Shown: positions 18,760-30,147, counted from the whole stretch's first letter. The stretch is 63,689 nucleotides of DNA, filler included, from 7 parts of 7 records of this genome joined end to end with filler, not necessarily neighbours in it, one strand, 5' to 3'. Numbers and translations: made by a program. Notes: a model not told the origin generated them from the sequence alone.

Positions 18760-21069
18760 TCAAGTCACCCTAACTCGAGCTTCAGTTCTCAATCGAACTG
18801 GAACCAGTTCAGGGATGCGGTCTCTTATAAGTTGGTATAATTTGGCATCATTTCTCGAAAATTCAACATTAACAATCGCTGCGTACTTAATCTTCCCAGG
18901 ACTCTCTGGGCCGTATTCCCAGTCAGAGCGTGATAACGCATGAATATCGAGACATGGGTGTTTGACTCCAGATACACGCATTTTTGTCCAACAATGTTCT
19001 ACTGTATCCCAGATCCCCTCTTCTCTGCGTTGCTGTTCATTCCTCTTGGGGGGCCTGGTACTAGCATGCGTGCTCTGCTTTCTACCTTCAGCAATATAAG
19101 CTTTAACCCTGTCAGCTTGAGTGATCAAGTTAGCTTTTTTAGAATTAGGGTTATTCCCCTTTAAGGAGAATGTGAAAACATCAGAGTGCGGTCTAAATGA
19201 AATTTCAGCACCAGCCAATGAATATTCATCAGGCATAGATGGGGCAATTCCGGTTGCAAAAACAAAAGTCCATCGAAAAGTTACATACCCACCACTAACA
19301 GCATCTTCAAAGAATGGTATTTTAAGGCGTACACATTTTGTGAAATCGATCTCGCCGTTATAAATAACGGATACCGCCTGATCAGTACATTTCATTATAT
19401 CTTCAGGCAAATGAGGAACGGCTCCCCAACCATAGTTGGGGTCCCAAGTTTCACATCTTTTCGCATTGTGGATTAGTAAGGCTTTTGCCGTTTGAGGGGT
19501 TACTACAGTGTGATCATCAACGCGATGGAGTAAATGTCCTGCTAATGATGAAATCACTGGTGCCGCAAAGCTCGTTCCGGTTACCCCAGCACATTTTCCA
19601 CTTCCACCCGCCAGAAATACATTAAATAGTTGTCCCTCTCCTCCTCCAAAAGCGTGTACATCCGGTTTGATAGCATTTCCACATCGGCCAGACCCGGCAC
19701 AACTGTAGCTAGCTGGTAGCATGCTGCCGTCTTGGTCTTGAACATATGCTCCGACACCAATCCCATTTATTATGTCAGAAGGAGGTTGAATCCTGTTAAA
19801 AGGAGGTGCATGTTTGCCTTTATTGCCTGCTGCGACAACAAACAGTACATCTTTTTCGTATGCAAGCCTGTCTAGCGTTTCTGTAAAAGGATCAATTTCA
19901 TCATCTTCTATTGGATAATCGGGCCCAAAGCTCAGCACAAAGGTTTTAATTTTGGGATTGTTCTCTACTGCCTGTTCAATCCAATCTAATATTTTGTAGA
20001 GGTCGAGGTGGATCCCCTTGACTGTCGGTACGGGGAATATACGAAATGACTTAACCTGAATAGAGGGTTTACTGTAGGAAATATTGGGATCATAGGGACC
20101 GTATAAAACAGCCCCGCATACTGCAGTCCCATGTTTGACGCCGTCTACATCCTCAGCTGCGGGGGTTAAATCTTCAGGCACTACCCAAAGTCCTAAATGA
20201 GGAATTGTCGTGTCAACACCTCCATCGAAAACCCCTATTTCAGGGACTTCCCCAGTACGGAAAGTGCCGCCTTTAGGGACTGGCCCTATGTCCAATAGCG
20301 AGTTATCGTCAATACGCGGAAACGAAATGCCTGGCATAACTCTAATTGACCGCAATGGGTTAAACTCTGACAAGAGATTTAAGGTGTTGTGATTTACTTG
20401 TGCAGGTAAGAATCTTGGGGATTTTGTAGAGCTACTACGGACCCAATCAAAAAGAAACTCGGGGTATTCGTTTGAAAGCAAAATGTCTTTAAGTTTCCAA
20501 AGACACTCATCCCAGTCTGATTGAGACATAGAGTGTATAATCAACTCTACCAAAGTATTGTCATGGATTTCCTGAAGCCGTTCCAGCTTTTTTTCAGGAT
20601 TAATTAATTTCACAGAATCAATTCTCAACACTTCTTTCTGGATAGTTTTTGTAAGACCAGCTGGGTACTCGAGGCTATTCTTAAAAAAAGTGATTGAATC
20701 CGGAGAGCCTCTGAAATAGAGCCTTCGACTTTGTTTCTCATTTATTTTAATCCCATCCCTATGCTTCTGGTTCCAGGCTATCGACCCCATCAGGTCCCAC
20801 CTAGCAGCAGACACAGTGGAGTGAGGGAAATAGCTTTTAGCAACATATGAGGAGTCCATATCTACGCAAAAATAAACACCATTTTTTATGCGATGTTTTT
20901 CGGGGATATCGCTTGCTGATCTCGCTAAATCTTCTAGTTGTGGTATTAACCTCTCCTTGGCTGATTCAAAGTCACGAATTTCGTATTTTTTCCCAAAACC
21001 AGAACTTAAGCTAACAGCACCTGTAATCCGTTCACCTTTCCCCAGGACAGGGAAGAACTCTTCGCTCAT
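18760..21069 (-). CDS. ietS: S8 subtilisin-like serine protease, IetS-type (Y4bN-like)
   Basis: Catalytic D (IGVFDGGV), H (HGTAVCG), oxyanion N (AAGN), S (GTSFAAP); no signal peptide; 4-nt overlap with the upstream AAA ATPase. Confidence 0.85.
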   Translation of the reverse strand: MSEEFFPVLGKGERITGAVSLSSGFGKKYEIRDFESAKERLIPQLEDLARSASDIPEKHRIKNGVYFCVDMDSSYVAKSYFPHSTVSAARWDLMGSIAWNQKHRDGIKINEKQSRRLYFRGSPDSITFFKNSLEYPAGLTKTIQKEVLRIDSVKLINPEKKLERLQEIHDNTLVELIIHSMSQSDWDECLWKLKDILLSNEYPEFLFDWVRSSSTKSPRFLPAQVNHNTLNLLSEFNPLRSIRVMPGISFPRIDDNSLLDIGPVPKGGTFRTGEVPEIGVFDGGVDTTIPHLGLWVVPEDLTPAAEDVDGVKHGTAVCGAVLYGPYDPNISYSKPSIQVKSFRIFPVPTVKGIHLDLYKILDWIEQAVENNPKIKTFVLSFGPDYPIEDDEIDPFTETLDRLAYEKDVLFVVAAGNKGKHAPPFNRIQPPSDIINGIGVGAYVQDQDGSMLPASYSCAGSGRCGNAIKPDVHAFGGGEGQLFNVFLAGGSGKCAGVTGTSFAAPVISSLAGHLLHRVDDHTVVTPQTAKALLIHNAKRCETWDPNYGWGAVPHLPEDIMKCTDQAVSVIYNGEIDFTKCVRLKIPFFEDAVSGGYVTFRWTFVFATGIAPSMPDEYSLAGAEISFRPHSDVFTFSLKGNNPNSKKANLITQADRVKAYIAEGRKQSTHASTRPPKRNEQQRREEGIWDTVEHCWTKMRVSGVKHPCLDIHALSRSDWEYGPESPGKIKYAAIVNVEFSRNDAKLYQLIRDRIPELVPVRLRTEARVRVT

Positions 21070-21469
21070 AATGTGCCCCTACCTTCATGTTTTTTAATAA
21101 TATTAGAAACTTGTGTATGGGATATCCCAAACATTGTTCCAAGTTTGCGATAGCTGAAAAATTTTGGTGATAAAGCTCGGGCCTTGACGAGAAATGAGAC
21201 TACAGCATCATCATGTAGCCCCCTCCCAACTATTTCTTCGGAAAGCTCCTGCCAGATAGCCTCTCTTGAAGGCGTACTATCTAAAATTTCTAATGATTTC
21301 ACTCTTTTTACGAATGACAAGAGATCTGCACCGGTAGCGCCTTCTAACCCTAAAGCAGCTAATTCCAGAAATTGCTTTGAACCTTTATTGCCGTAATATT
21401 TCTTTAATATAATTTGCCTCTCAGCAAGCCCTGGAAGTGGAAGCTCAATCCACCTTGAAAATCTTCTTT
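21066..21469 (-). CDS. ietA: AAA+ ATPase C-terminal part with terminal HTH, IetA-type, 5'-truncated
   Basis: Frame is open to the contig edge: RRFSRWIELPLPGLAERQII...EGATGADL (arginine-finger/lid region), then FSYRKLGTMFGISHTQVSNII HTH. Confidence 0.75.
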
Positions 21470-21569
21470 NNNNNNNNNNNNNNNNNNNNNNNNNNNNNNN
21501 NNNNNNNNNNNNNTTAATTAATTAANNNNNNNNNNNNNNNNNNNNNNNNNNNNNNNNNNNNNNNNNNNN
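21470..21569. other. Artificial contig linker
   Basis: N44-TTAATTAATTAA-N44. Confidence 0.99.
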
Positions 21570-22416
21570 CGATCAAAAGATCGGCCAGATTTTTTGTACC
21601 ACAAGTTCCCCCATCAAGGACCGTTCCAACAGCCATCTCATTCAGGCTGCAAAGGATCTGGAAATATCTGTTATGGGGATTATGGATCATTGGAAAGGGG
21701 CGGATCGTTTTTTTGATAAGGGACGGCCGCTGTTCAAGCCTGATGAGATCTGTTGTATTGACGGGGTTGCCAGGGAAATGCTTCTCCGCAAAGGGTTTTT
21801 AGAAAAATGTATCCACATCACAGGTCATCCCCATCTTGAGGGCATTACCCCTCTCAATAGGTTTGGACAGGGGAAGGATATCCGCCTGCTGCTCTTATCC
21901 CAGCCGGAGACATCTGACAGTAGTTTCAGGAGTATTTTCAGCAGAACATGCCCCGGAGCAGGCAGCCTTTTGGAACAAATCCTGGCTCTGACACAAGGGC
22001 TGTCGTTCAGGGACGGGCGCCAAATTTGTATCACCCTGCGTCAGCACCCGAAGGAGGAGAAGATGCGTTGCCTGCCGGACAGGATCCGTCTTGATACCTG
22101 CCCAGATATCAGGGAGTCAATAGAACAGCATGACATCTGCGTGGGAGTGGATTCCATGGCTTTGATTGAAGCCCAGCTGTCCGGAAGGTTTTGTATCTCT
22201 CTTCGGCTCAAATCTTATTTTGAAACAGATGGGCCCCCTCTGCCTTTCCAGTTTAATTGCCAGGCTGACAGCCTGAAGGAGTTCCAAGACGCTGTAAGGC
22301 GCGGGGGGGAACAGATTGATCGGCTCGGGGCGGTGGCAGTACCTTCTTTTATAAAAGGATCAACAGAGAGGCTTTTGTCGATAATTGACCAATTCACAGG
22401 AAAGACCCATGAATGA
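21570..22416 (+). CDS. GT-B fold surface-carbohydrate biosynthesis protein, 5'-truncated
   Basis: DHW, ITGHPHLE, RQHPKE, VGVDSMALIEA; overlaps the neuB-like start. Confidence 0.55.
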
Positions 22417-23503
22417 AAATATATTAAACCATATCAAGGCCCACCAGAAGCAATTGGGGGAGATAAGCGTCAATCAAAGACAGATAAGCGAAACAGCCCC
22501 TGTTTTTGTCATTGCCGAAGCCGCCTGTAACCACATGTGCGATCTTTCCCTGGCTAAAAAAATGATTGATGCGGCAAAGGACGCCGGGGCCGATGCCATT
22601 AAATTTCAAACCTATAAGGCCGAAAAACTGGTCACAAAGCAGGCCCAGGCATTCTGGGGAAAAGAAACGGTTTCCCAGGTGGAGTACTACAAGAGGCTTG
22701 ACCGGTTCGGCCCACAGGAATATGCTGATCTTTTTGACTATGCAAGCAAAAGGAATATTATTGCATTCTCATCTCCCTTTGACAGTGACAGCGCCCGGAT
22801 GCTCCATGACCTGGGCATGCCGTTGTTCAAAGTTGCCTCCTGCGACCTGCCCGATTTAAGAAATCTCCGGCTGATTGCAGGGTTTGGCAAACCAGTCATC
22901 CTTTCCACCGGGGCATCGACCATTGAGGAAATTGATCGGGCTGTGGAGACGTTCTTTGATCAGGGGAATAATCAGCTGATGCTCATGGCGTGTACCCTGA
23001 GTTACCCGACCCAGAACAAGGATGCCAATCTAATGAGGATTCGAACGCTTAAAAATAGGTATCCTGGCATGCTCATCGGTCTGTCAGACCACACAGAGCC
23101 TGACCCCAATATGGTTATTCCCACGGTGGCTACGACCCTTGGCGCCCGGATGATAGAAAAGCACTTCACACTGGACAGGACCATGACCGGATCAGGTCAT
23201 TTCTTTGCCGTGGATCCGGCTTGTCTGGACAAGATGGTCCAGAATATTAGGCTTTCTGAACTCGTGCTGGGCAACGGCGAACTGGGGGTGGCTCCTTCGG
23301 AGAAAAATGCCTGGGAAAGTGCCAGAAGAAAAATAGTAGCAGAAACACGGATCGAAAAAGGCTGCATCATCAGGGATGACATGCTCGGGGTTAAAAGACC
23401 GGGGAACGGACTGCCTGCCTCCATGCTGGATAAGGTCGTAGGGAGGAAGGCCGTTCAGACCATCGAACCTGACCAGGCTATTTCACTGGATATGATTGAA
23501 TAG
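22409..23503 (+). CDS. neuB: N-acetylneuraminate synthase family (NeuB/PseI/LegI) with C-terminal SAF domain
   Basis: IAEAACNH, AIKFQTY, SSPFD, FKVASCD, ILSTG, GLSDHT, IEKHFTLDR, KRPG. Confidence 0.92.
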   Translation: MNENILNHIKAHQKQLGEISVNQRQISETAPVFVIAEAACNHMCDLSLAKKMIDAAKDAGADAIKFQTYKAEKLVTKQAQAFWGKETVSQVEYYKRLDRFGPQEYADLFDYASKRNIIAFSSPFDSDSARMLHDLGMPLFKVASCDLPDLRNLRLIAGFGKPVILSTGASTIEEIDRAVETFFDQGNNQLMLMACTLSYPTQNKDANLMRIRTLKNRYPGMLIGLSDHTEPDPNMVIPTVATTLGARMIEKHFTLDRTMTGSGHFFAVDPACLDKMVQNIRLSELVLGNGELGVAPSEKNAWESARRKIVAETRIEKGCIIRDDMLGVKRPGNGLPASMLDKVVGRKAVQTIEPDQAISLDMIE

Positions 23504-23557
23504 TAACGCGGCCGGATCCCGAAGATCAGGCCAATGTATAGAGGAAGGCGAGTAATA

Positions 23558-24885
23558 ATGAAAGTTTTGCTTTTGACGGCCCCCAGGCCTATGGAGGGCT
23601 ACTCACCGGTCCACTTCGGGGACAACCGGCCGCCCCAGGGACTGGGGTATATTGCCGCATATCTTGTGCACCACGGGCATGAGGCTGAAATTGTTGATCT
23701 CTACGCCTTTGGCGGAAGCAGGGTCAAAAAGAACGTCTCGGTAAGCCAGGAGGAAATCGGTGATTCTCTGGATATTGATATTGATCAGGTTATTAAAGAG
23801 TTTTCACCTGAGTTCATCGGAATGTATGTCCATACCATGTCCTTTGAGTCTGCCTGTGAACTTTCTTTGCGACTGAAAAAGGCGTATCCGGATATTCAGC
23901 AGGTCTGTGGCGGTCCCCACCCCTCAATCAAGCAGGAGAGCATGCCTCTGTCCTTTGATTATGTAGTTGCCGGCGAGGGGGAATTCGCCATGTTGGATAT
24001 TGTTGAAGGCCGGGTAACGGAACGAATGGTCAGTGGAAAGCAGATGACATCTTCGGATATAGAGAATTTGCCCTGGCCGGATTTTGATCATTTTTGGGGA
24101 AAGCCTTACAATTTTAAACTTAAATTGTTCAACAAGGATATCGAGCCTGTCCTGACGATTAGTACCAGCAGAGGGTGCCCTTCCGATGCAAGTTTTGCGG
24201 AGCAAAAGAAATTTATCCCCGCTATGCCAATATTTCTGCAGACCATGTTTTTAATCGCATGGTTGAACTCAGAGAGCGATACGGGGTTGATGCCTATTAT
24301 TTCCGGGAAGATAATTTTACTGCCAACTTAACCCGGTTGAGGCGGTTTTGTGAACTGATTATTGGGTCGGGAATCCCATTTAAATGGGTTTGTGAGAGCC
24401 GGGTTCGGGAGCTGTCCCCTGAAATGATAACCATGATGGCCAAATCCGGATGCATTGGATTGTACATCGGCTGTGAGAGTGGGAGTAACAGGGTGCTCAA
24501 GCTGATGCAAAAAGATGAAACCGTTGAGGATTATATGGAAAAATTTCCCCTGCTGCATGAAAACGGAATTTCCACGTATACCACCTGGGTATACGGAACA
24601 CCGGGGGAGCGTTCGGAGGACAGGCATATGACGGACGAGATCATTCGGAAGCTAGGGCCGACAGAAGCAGACCGCTTTGTTTATATCGGCATACCAAGAA
24701 GTGAGTGCTATGATGAGATCATCCAGGAAAAAGCCTATGAATTCATTGATCAGAACGGGTTTATGTATCCCAACGGCTATCTGAGTCTCAGTCGGGCGTT
24801 GTACGGAATAGCCGACCCAAGGGTAACCTATGTGGATAGGCTGTACCGTGAGCATGGAATTACCCCTGTGGAAAAGCCGTGGTAG
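23558..24885 (+). CDS. B12-binding radical SAM protein, apparent 1-nt frameshift at ~24178
   Basis: PPQGLGYIAA, GGPHPS, GEGE B12-binding domain. Adding one C restores SRGCPFRCKFC; the C-terminal frame has EDNFT and IGCESG. Confidence 0.85.
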
Positions 24886-24929
24886 GCTCAGTGACTGTTT
24901 CGGATGCAAAATCAAAGTATAGGAAAGAT

Positions 24930-26311
24930 ATGCCTAAAGTAACCGTATATATTCCCAGCTTTAACTATGGAGGATACATCCTGACCGCTGTTGAAAGCGT
25001 GTTAAAGCAGACTATTAAAGACTGGGAACTGATTATCATAAACGATGGGTCCACGGATAATACAATGGATGTGCTCAAGCCTTATGACGATCATCCTCGT
25101 ATCAGGATTATCCACCAGGAAAACAAAGGGCTTAACATCACGAATAATATTGCCCTGAGGCTGGCCAAGGGGGAGTACATCATGCGGCTTGACGCAGATG
25201 ACTTCCTTGACGAGAATGCATTGTTGGTACTGTCTAATACCCTTGATACCAATGGGGAGATTGATCTGGTTTACCCGGATTATTATCTGGTTAATCCCAA
25301 AGGAGAGGTTTTTGAAATTGTCCGCCGGAAAAAAATAGAGAAAGAGGTCCAGCTCCTTGACCTTCCTGCACACGGGGCCTGCACCATGTTTAGAACCAAG
25401 GTGCTGCGTCAGATCGGCGGATATATGGAAGATTTTACCTGTCAGGATGGATATGAACTCTGGCTCAGATTCATCCAGAGGTTCAAGCCCTATAATGTGA
25501 ATATTCCGCTTTTTTATTATCGGCAGCACGAAGACAGCCTTACCAAGGATCATAAAAAAATTCTCGATACACGCCGGGAAATCAAACGGCAGTTCATGAG
25601 TCGGTACTATGAGGGGGAGTCCCTAAAAGTACTGGGCATCATCCCGGCGACTCGTAAGTCTGTATATTCCATGAATGATCCGCTCAAGGAAATTGCTGGC
25701 CATCCCCTGATCTGGTATACGCTCAATGAGGTGCAATACTCCCAGTCACTGGATAAGGTTGTGGTCTCATCTGAGGATGATGCCGTTCTTGAATATGCAG
25801 CCAGCTTTCCCGATATTATCCCGATGAAGCGTTCTGTTGAACTCAGTGCCCAAGGAGTGAGGGCAGAAAGATTGATCAATGGTATCATGGATGCCCTTGA
25901 GCAAGACCAAAATTACCACCCCGATGCCATTTGTTCATTGTATATAAATACTCCTTTAAGGAAGGCACATCACATTGACTGGGCGGTCAACACCCTGAAG
26001 ATTTTTGATGCTGATTCTGTGATTTCCGTTCAGGAAGAACTGGCTTTTATTACCGGCACAGGCGTTTCGGTCTTGAACCCATTGGAAACGGAAGCCGGAA
26101 CTTCCGGCTGGAACGGGATGCGATATATAAGGAAAACGGCGCCATCATCCTTAGCCGGGCCTCTGTGCTGAGACAGGAACGGCTCATCGGTCAAAAGGTA
26201 GGGCATATTTCCTTGCTTCCCGAGGAGGGGGTCAGGATCAATAGTGATTATGAATTCTGGCTGGCCGAAAAAATTCTCCAGGAACAGAAAGCAGAAATAA
26301 CCCATAAATAA
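24930..26311 (+). CDS. GT2 fused to a NeuA-like cytidylyltransferase domain, apparent frameshift at ~26045
   Basis: GT2 (INDGSTD, RLDADD, QDGYELW) followed by IIPATRKS, PLIWYT, NTPLR; the shifted frame gives YKENGAI...RINSDYEFWLAE. Confidence 0.8.
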
Positions 26312-26330
26312 TCAGACAGGCAGGTAAGAG

Positions 26331-27326
26331 ATGAGAGTAATGGTAACAGGCGGTGCAGGCTATATAGGATGCCTCGTGGTGGAAGAGTTGTTGGCAAAAA
26401 ACCATGTCCCGGTTGTGTTTGATACCCTTTACTGGGGAAAAGAATCCCTTGATCCGTATCTGGATAGGATTGAGATTATTGAAGGTGACTGCAGAAATTC
26501 CAGGGATATTATCTATGCCCTGGAAAATGTGGATTCCATCATTCATCTGGCAGGTATTGTTGGTGAGTTTGCCTGTGCCAGCAATCATAAAGCCCATTTT
26601 TCCATTAATGTGGAAAGCACCCGGACCCTTGTTAACTGCTGTACCGATCCTGAACTGGATCTGGTCAGAGATTTTATCTATGCCTCGTCCTGCTCTGTTT
26701 ACGGGAATGTGGCCGGCCTTTACGATGAAGTGACAGAGGAAACACCGGTCGCACCCTTGTCTGCCTATGCCAATGCCAAGCTCAGGTCGGAAAAGATTAT
26801 TCTTGAGCGTGCAGGGGAAATCCCCCATTTCCATCCGACCATCCTCAGACTGACCACGGTATTTGGATGGTCCCATCGCCCACGGCTGGACCTTGTGACC
26901 AATCTTTTTGCCTATAACGCCTGGAAGAAGGGACGCCTCCAGATTCATGGAGACGGCCTGCAGTACCGCTCCTTGATCCATGTCAGGGACATTGCTCGGG
27001 CTTTTGTCCAGACCCTTGACGCCCCCAGGTTTATGAGAAGCGGCAAGATTTTTCATCTGGGTGAAGAGGAGAATAACAGGACCGTCCGGGAGATCGCAGA
27101 AACCGTTAAGCGGTTCCTGCCTGAGACTGAGATCGAATTTAAAAAAAGTGCACCATCTGATCGCAGGGATTACCGGATTAATTGTTACAAATTGAAAAAT
27201 ATTATCGGCTGGAAGGCCGACTATTCCGTTGAGGATGGTATCCAGGAGATGATCGAAAAATTTGAATCCCTTGACCTGAATTGGGATGCGGACAAGTACC
27301 GCAACAGTTCCTTTGACTACGTATAG
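26331..27326 (+). CDS. NAD-dependent epimerase/dehydratase (extended SDR)
   Basis: TGGAGYIG, HLAGIVG, SSCSVYG, YANAK, RLDLVTN. Confidence 0.92.
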   Translation: MRVMVTGGAGYIGCLVVEELLAKNHVPVVFDTLYWGKESLDPYLDRIEIIEGDCRNSRDIIYALENVDSIIHLAGIVGEFACASNHKAHFSINVESTRTLVNCCTDPELDLVRDFIYASSCSVYGNVAGLYDEVTEETPVAPLSAYANAKLRSEKIILERAGEIPHFHPTILRLTTVFGWSHRPRLDLVTNLFAYNAWKKGRLQIHGDGLQYRSLIHVRDIARAFVQTLDAPRFMRSGKIFHLGEEENNRTVREIAETVKRFLPETEIEFKKSAPSDRRDYRINCYKLKNIIGWKADYSVEDGIQEMIEKFESLDLNWDADKYRNSSFDYV

Positions 27327-27337
27327 AGAGGCTTGAG

Positions 27338-27687
27338 ATGGAAAAAAAGCCCATTAAGGTGGCGATTCCCCATGTGGGGGATGATGAAATAGACGCTGTC
27401 AGCCGCGTCCTTAGATCGGGTAACTATGTGTCCGGTCGGCAGGTGGCATTGTTTGAAGAAAAATTTGCAGATTATATCGGCGTGGACCATGCCGTGGCGG
27501 TTAACAGCGGTACCGCAGCCCTTCATATTGCTTTGGATGCCCTGGGGGTTGGGGAAGGGGACGAAGTTATTGTCCCTCCGGTTACTTTTTTTGCCACGGT
27601 GTCTGCTGTGCTTTACTTGGGGGCCAAACCGGTGTTTGCCGATATCGACCTTGATGATTTTGCCTCTCCCCTTTGGATACTGCCCGA
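27338..27687 (+). CDS. DegT/DnrJ/EryC1/StrS aminotransferase, 3'-truncated
   Basis: VNSGTAALH, GDEVIVP, TFFAT, GAKPVFADID. Confidence 0.9.
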
Positions 27688-27787
27688 NNNNNNNNNNNNN
27701 NNNNNNNNNNNNNNNNNNNNNNNNNNNNNNNTTAATTAATTAANNNNNNNNNNNNNNNNNNNNNNNNNNNNNNNNNNNNNNNNNNNN
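27688..27787. other. Artificial contig linker
   Basis: N44-TTAATTAATTAA-N44. Confidence 0.99.
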
Positions 27788-27812
27788 GGATAAGTTGAAA
27801 AATTTCTGTTTT

Positions 27813-30080
27813 TCAACTATCCCCTTCATTATCCATGTAATCTTGATATTCTTTATATATTTCAATCAACTCATCCAGCTCATCATCAGTAACTCCTAAA
27901 TACATTTCCTTATAATCGCTTATATTTTTATCATAATAAGATAATTTAATTATTATATCATTAATTGAAGGCGTACTGAAGTCATTTTCTTTAACAAACT
28001 CAATTACTTTATAAAAATATTCATTACATACAGCATCTTCTTCCTTTCTTTGTAAGTGGAAATAATAGTCTCTGTATTCCTCTGTAGTTATAAAATATAT
28101 TTTTAAATTATTAAAATCACTTTCAACGCCAGGTTCATATCCCAAAATTATACTTTCAAACTCTTGCATACCAATTTTATTTATAGCGTCTATATATGCT
28201 TGCGCCGTTTCTGGAGTGTCATCTGTTTTTATCATATATTTATCAGCAATATCTACTCCCTCTATTCTTCCCCAGACCATTAATGAACCTATATTAAGGT
28301 TGTTTCCAATATTTTCAAATAAACCAATTCTATACTCATATGGTGATAAATAATCAACATTTATACTTATCTTTTGTTCTGTAGATAGAGTATCATATTC
28401 CTTACAGAATACTTCATATACCTTTTTCATTTCTTCTTCAGCTGTTTTATCTAAAACATCAAAGTCATTATTTAGCATTTTTGATGACCAAGTATTCCAA
28501 TCTATTACATTGTCGTAATAGCTAATTTGAGTTGCATTCTTCAACGGCATATTGTGATAATAACTATTTTGATAATCTTTATTTGAAAGTATTTTTGTAT
28601 GTGTATTTTCTTCTAATAACTTTCTTTCCTCTATATCATAATTATAATAAATTGGAACGTTTTTATAAATAGCCCTACCGTATTTTTGATTAAACTTAAC
28701 CCTTAAAAAATAATCAGGTTGGTTTTCTTTGTATTGTTCTTCTCTATTGTTATATCCATTAGCTAATTCCTCAATTATAGTTCTGTCGGTTATCTTCACA
28801 TCACCCGATATATACTGTCCGTAAGATAATGTCCAAAATTCTGCTATCTCTACATACCTTGTACTCCCTGGATATGACATTCCAGTATATAAAATCAGTA
28901 GGGCATTTGGTTCATTCTGCGTTATTATACTAACGCTTTCCACCTTATCAGTGTTTATTTCTATTTTACTATCTCTATCAACTTTTACTTCTATACCACA
29001 ATTTATTACAACAGCTAATATAAAAGTTACAGCAAATACCAATAAATATCTATTTCCCCTTATAATTTTTTTATATGCGAGTACGACATATGACAATAGC
29101 AAAATTACAACTGCTATCAAGCAAACAATTATTTTAATATCATAACTTCCATTAACAATATTATATAAGCTATATTCAAACAAACCTAATATAACCAAAT
29201 ATACTACTGCAAAAGATACTACTCCCATTACAATGTCACGAACTAACTTATTTTTTGTATATACTCCTGTAATTTCACCACTTCTTCTTTTAAATAAGAA
29301 ATAACCAGTAACAATATATCCTAACCCTAAAAACAGTGAAAATATTATACCAGGTAAGTATCTTGAAAAATTGATTAATCTGTCTGTGGTTAGTAGTGTG
29401 TTTGTAAAAATATAAAGCGATGGTCTCATCATTATCAAGTAATCTATATAGTTTGCATGTCTTACTAAAGAAAAATATCTGCTTATTGGAAAAATAAATG
29501 GAAAAGTTAACATTCCAATTGATAAAATTGCTGCGGATAATGCTTTACCCGTTACGCTGGATGCTAAAAATATTGCTCCGATAATTACTAAGGAACATAT
29601 GGAAGCATTGATAAAACCAAAGATTATATCGCTGACAAATGTCAAACTTCCTATAAATTCTAGTGAAATAAATACTTCTGCAATTGATATTGCTAAAAGT
29701 AATGTAATCTGCGTAAAAATTACAGCTAATACCTTAGATGTATATAGCTTACCTTTAGTTAAAGGCATAGAATATGAAAAGTCGGTTCTTTTTCTGTTCC
29801 ATGCAAATCTAAGAGCATTAATTGACAAAAAAGGACTGCCAAAAATCATAACAATCAGCAGTGCAGGGTTATTTATATTATATCCTTGGAGATTGTATAC
29901 TTGATATATACCCGCATATACTGAACGTTCTAATGATGATCGGTTACTAATAATATTTCTGGTAGCTATTAGAGATAATATTCCAATTAATAAAAGTAGT
30001 ATTACAATATAGATTAATTCTTTTAAAGTATCAAAAAATACTCTTCTATCAAATAATTTCTTCATTCTTCTATCCTCCAC
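27813..30080 (-). CDS. ABC-2 type permease with large C-terminal extracytoplasmic domain (YtrC/D-like)
   Basis: RTDFSYSMPLTKGKLY motif, multiple TMs, downstream of an ABC ATPase. Confidence 0.75.
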   Translation of the reverse strand: MEDRRMKKLFDRRVFFDTLKELIYIVILLLLIGILSLIATRNIISNRSSLERSVYAGIYQVYNLQGYNINNPALLIVMIFGSPFLSINALRFAWNRKRTDFSYSMPLTKGKLYTSKVLAVIFTQITLLLAISIAEVFISLEFIGSLTFVSDIIFGFINASICSLVIIGAIFLASSVTGKALSAAILSIGMLTFPFIFPISRYFSLVRHANYIDYLIMMRPSLYIFTNTLLTTDRLINFSRYLPGIIFSLFLGLGYIVTGYFLFKRRSGEITGVYTKNKLVRDIVMGVVSFAVVYLVILGLFEYSLYNIVNGSYDIKIIVCLIAVVILLLSYVVLAYKKIIRGNRYLLVFAVTFILAVVINCGIEVKVDRDSKIEINTDKVESVSIITQNEPNALLILYTGMSYPGSTRYVEIAEFWTLSYGQYISGDVKITDRTIIEELANGYNNREEQYKENQPDYFLRVKFNQKYGRAIYKNVPIYYNYDIEERKLLEENTHTKILSNKDYQNSYYHNMPLKNATQISYYDNVIDWNTWSSKMLNNDFDVLDKTAEEEMKKVYEVFCKEYDTLSTEQKISINVDYLSPYEYRIGLFENIGNNLNIGSLMVWGRIEGVDIADKYMIKTDDTPETAQAYIDAINKIGMQEFESIILGYEPGVESDFNNLKIYFITTEEYRDYYFHLQRKEEDAVCNEYFYKVIEFVKENDFSTPSINDIIIKLSYYDKNISDYKEMYLGVTDDELDELIEIYKEYQDYMDNEGDS

Positions 30081-30147
30081 TTTAGTTTAGTACTATGGTC
30101 TTATCTTAACTATAAGCATCTTTTATTATTGTTTAATATTTATTGAT

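Noticed and set aside
26238-27056. 272-aa antisense ORF and the many other short overlapping ORFs in the track
   Set aside because: Shadows of well-supported genes on the opposite strand or in another frame
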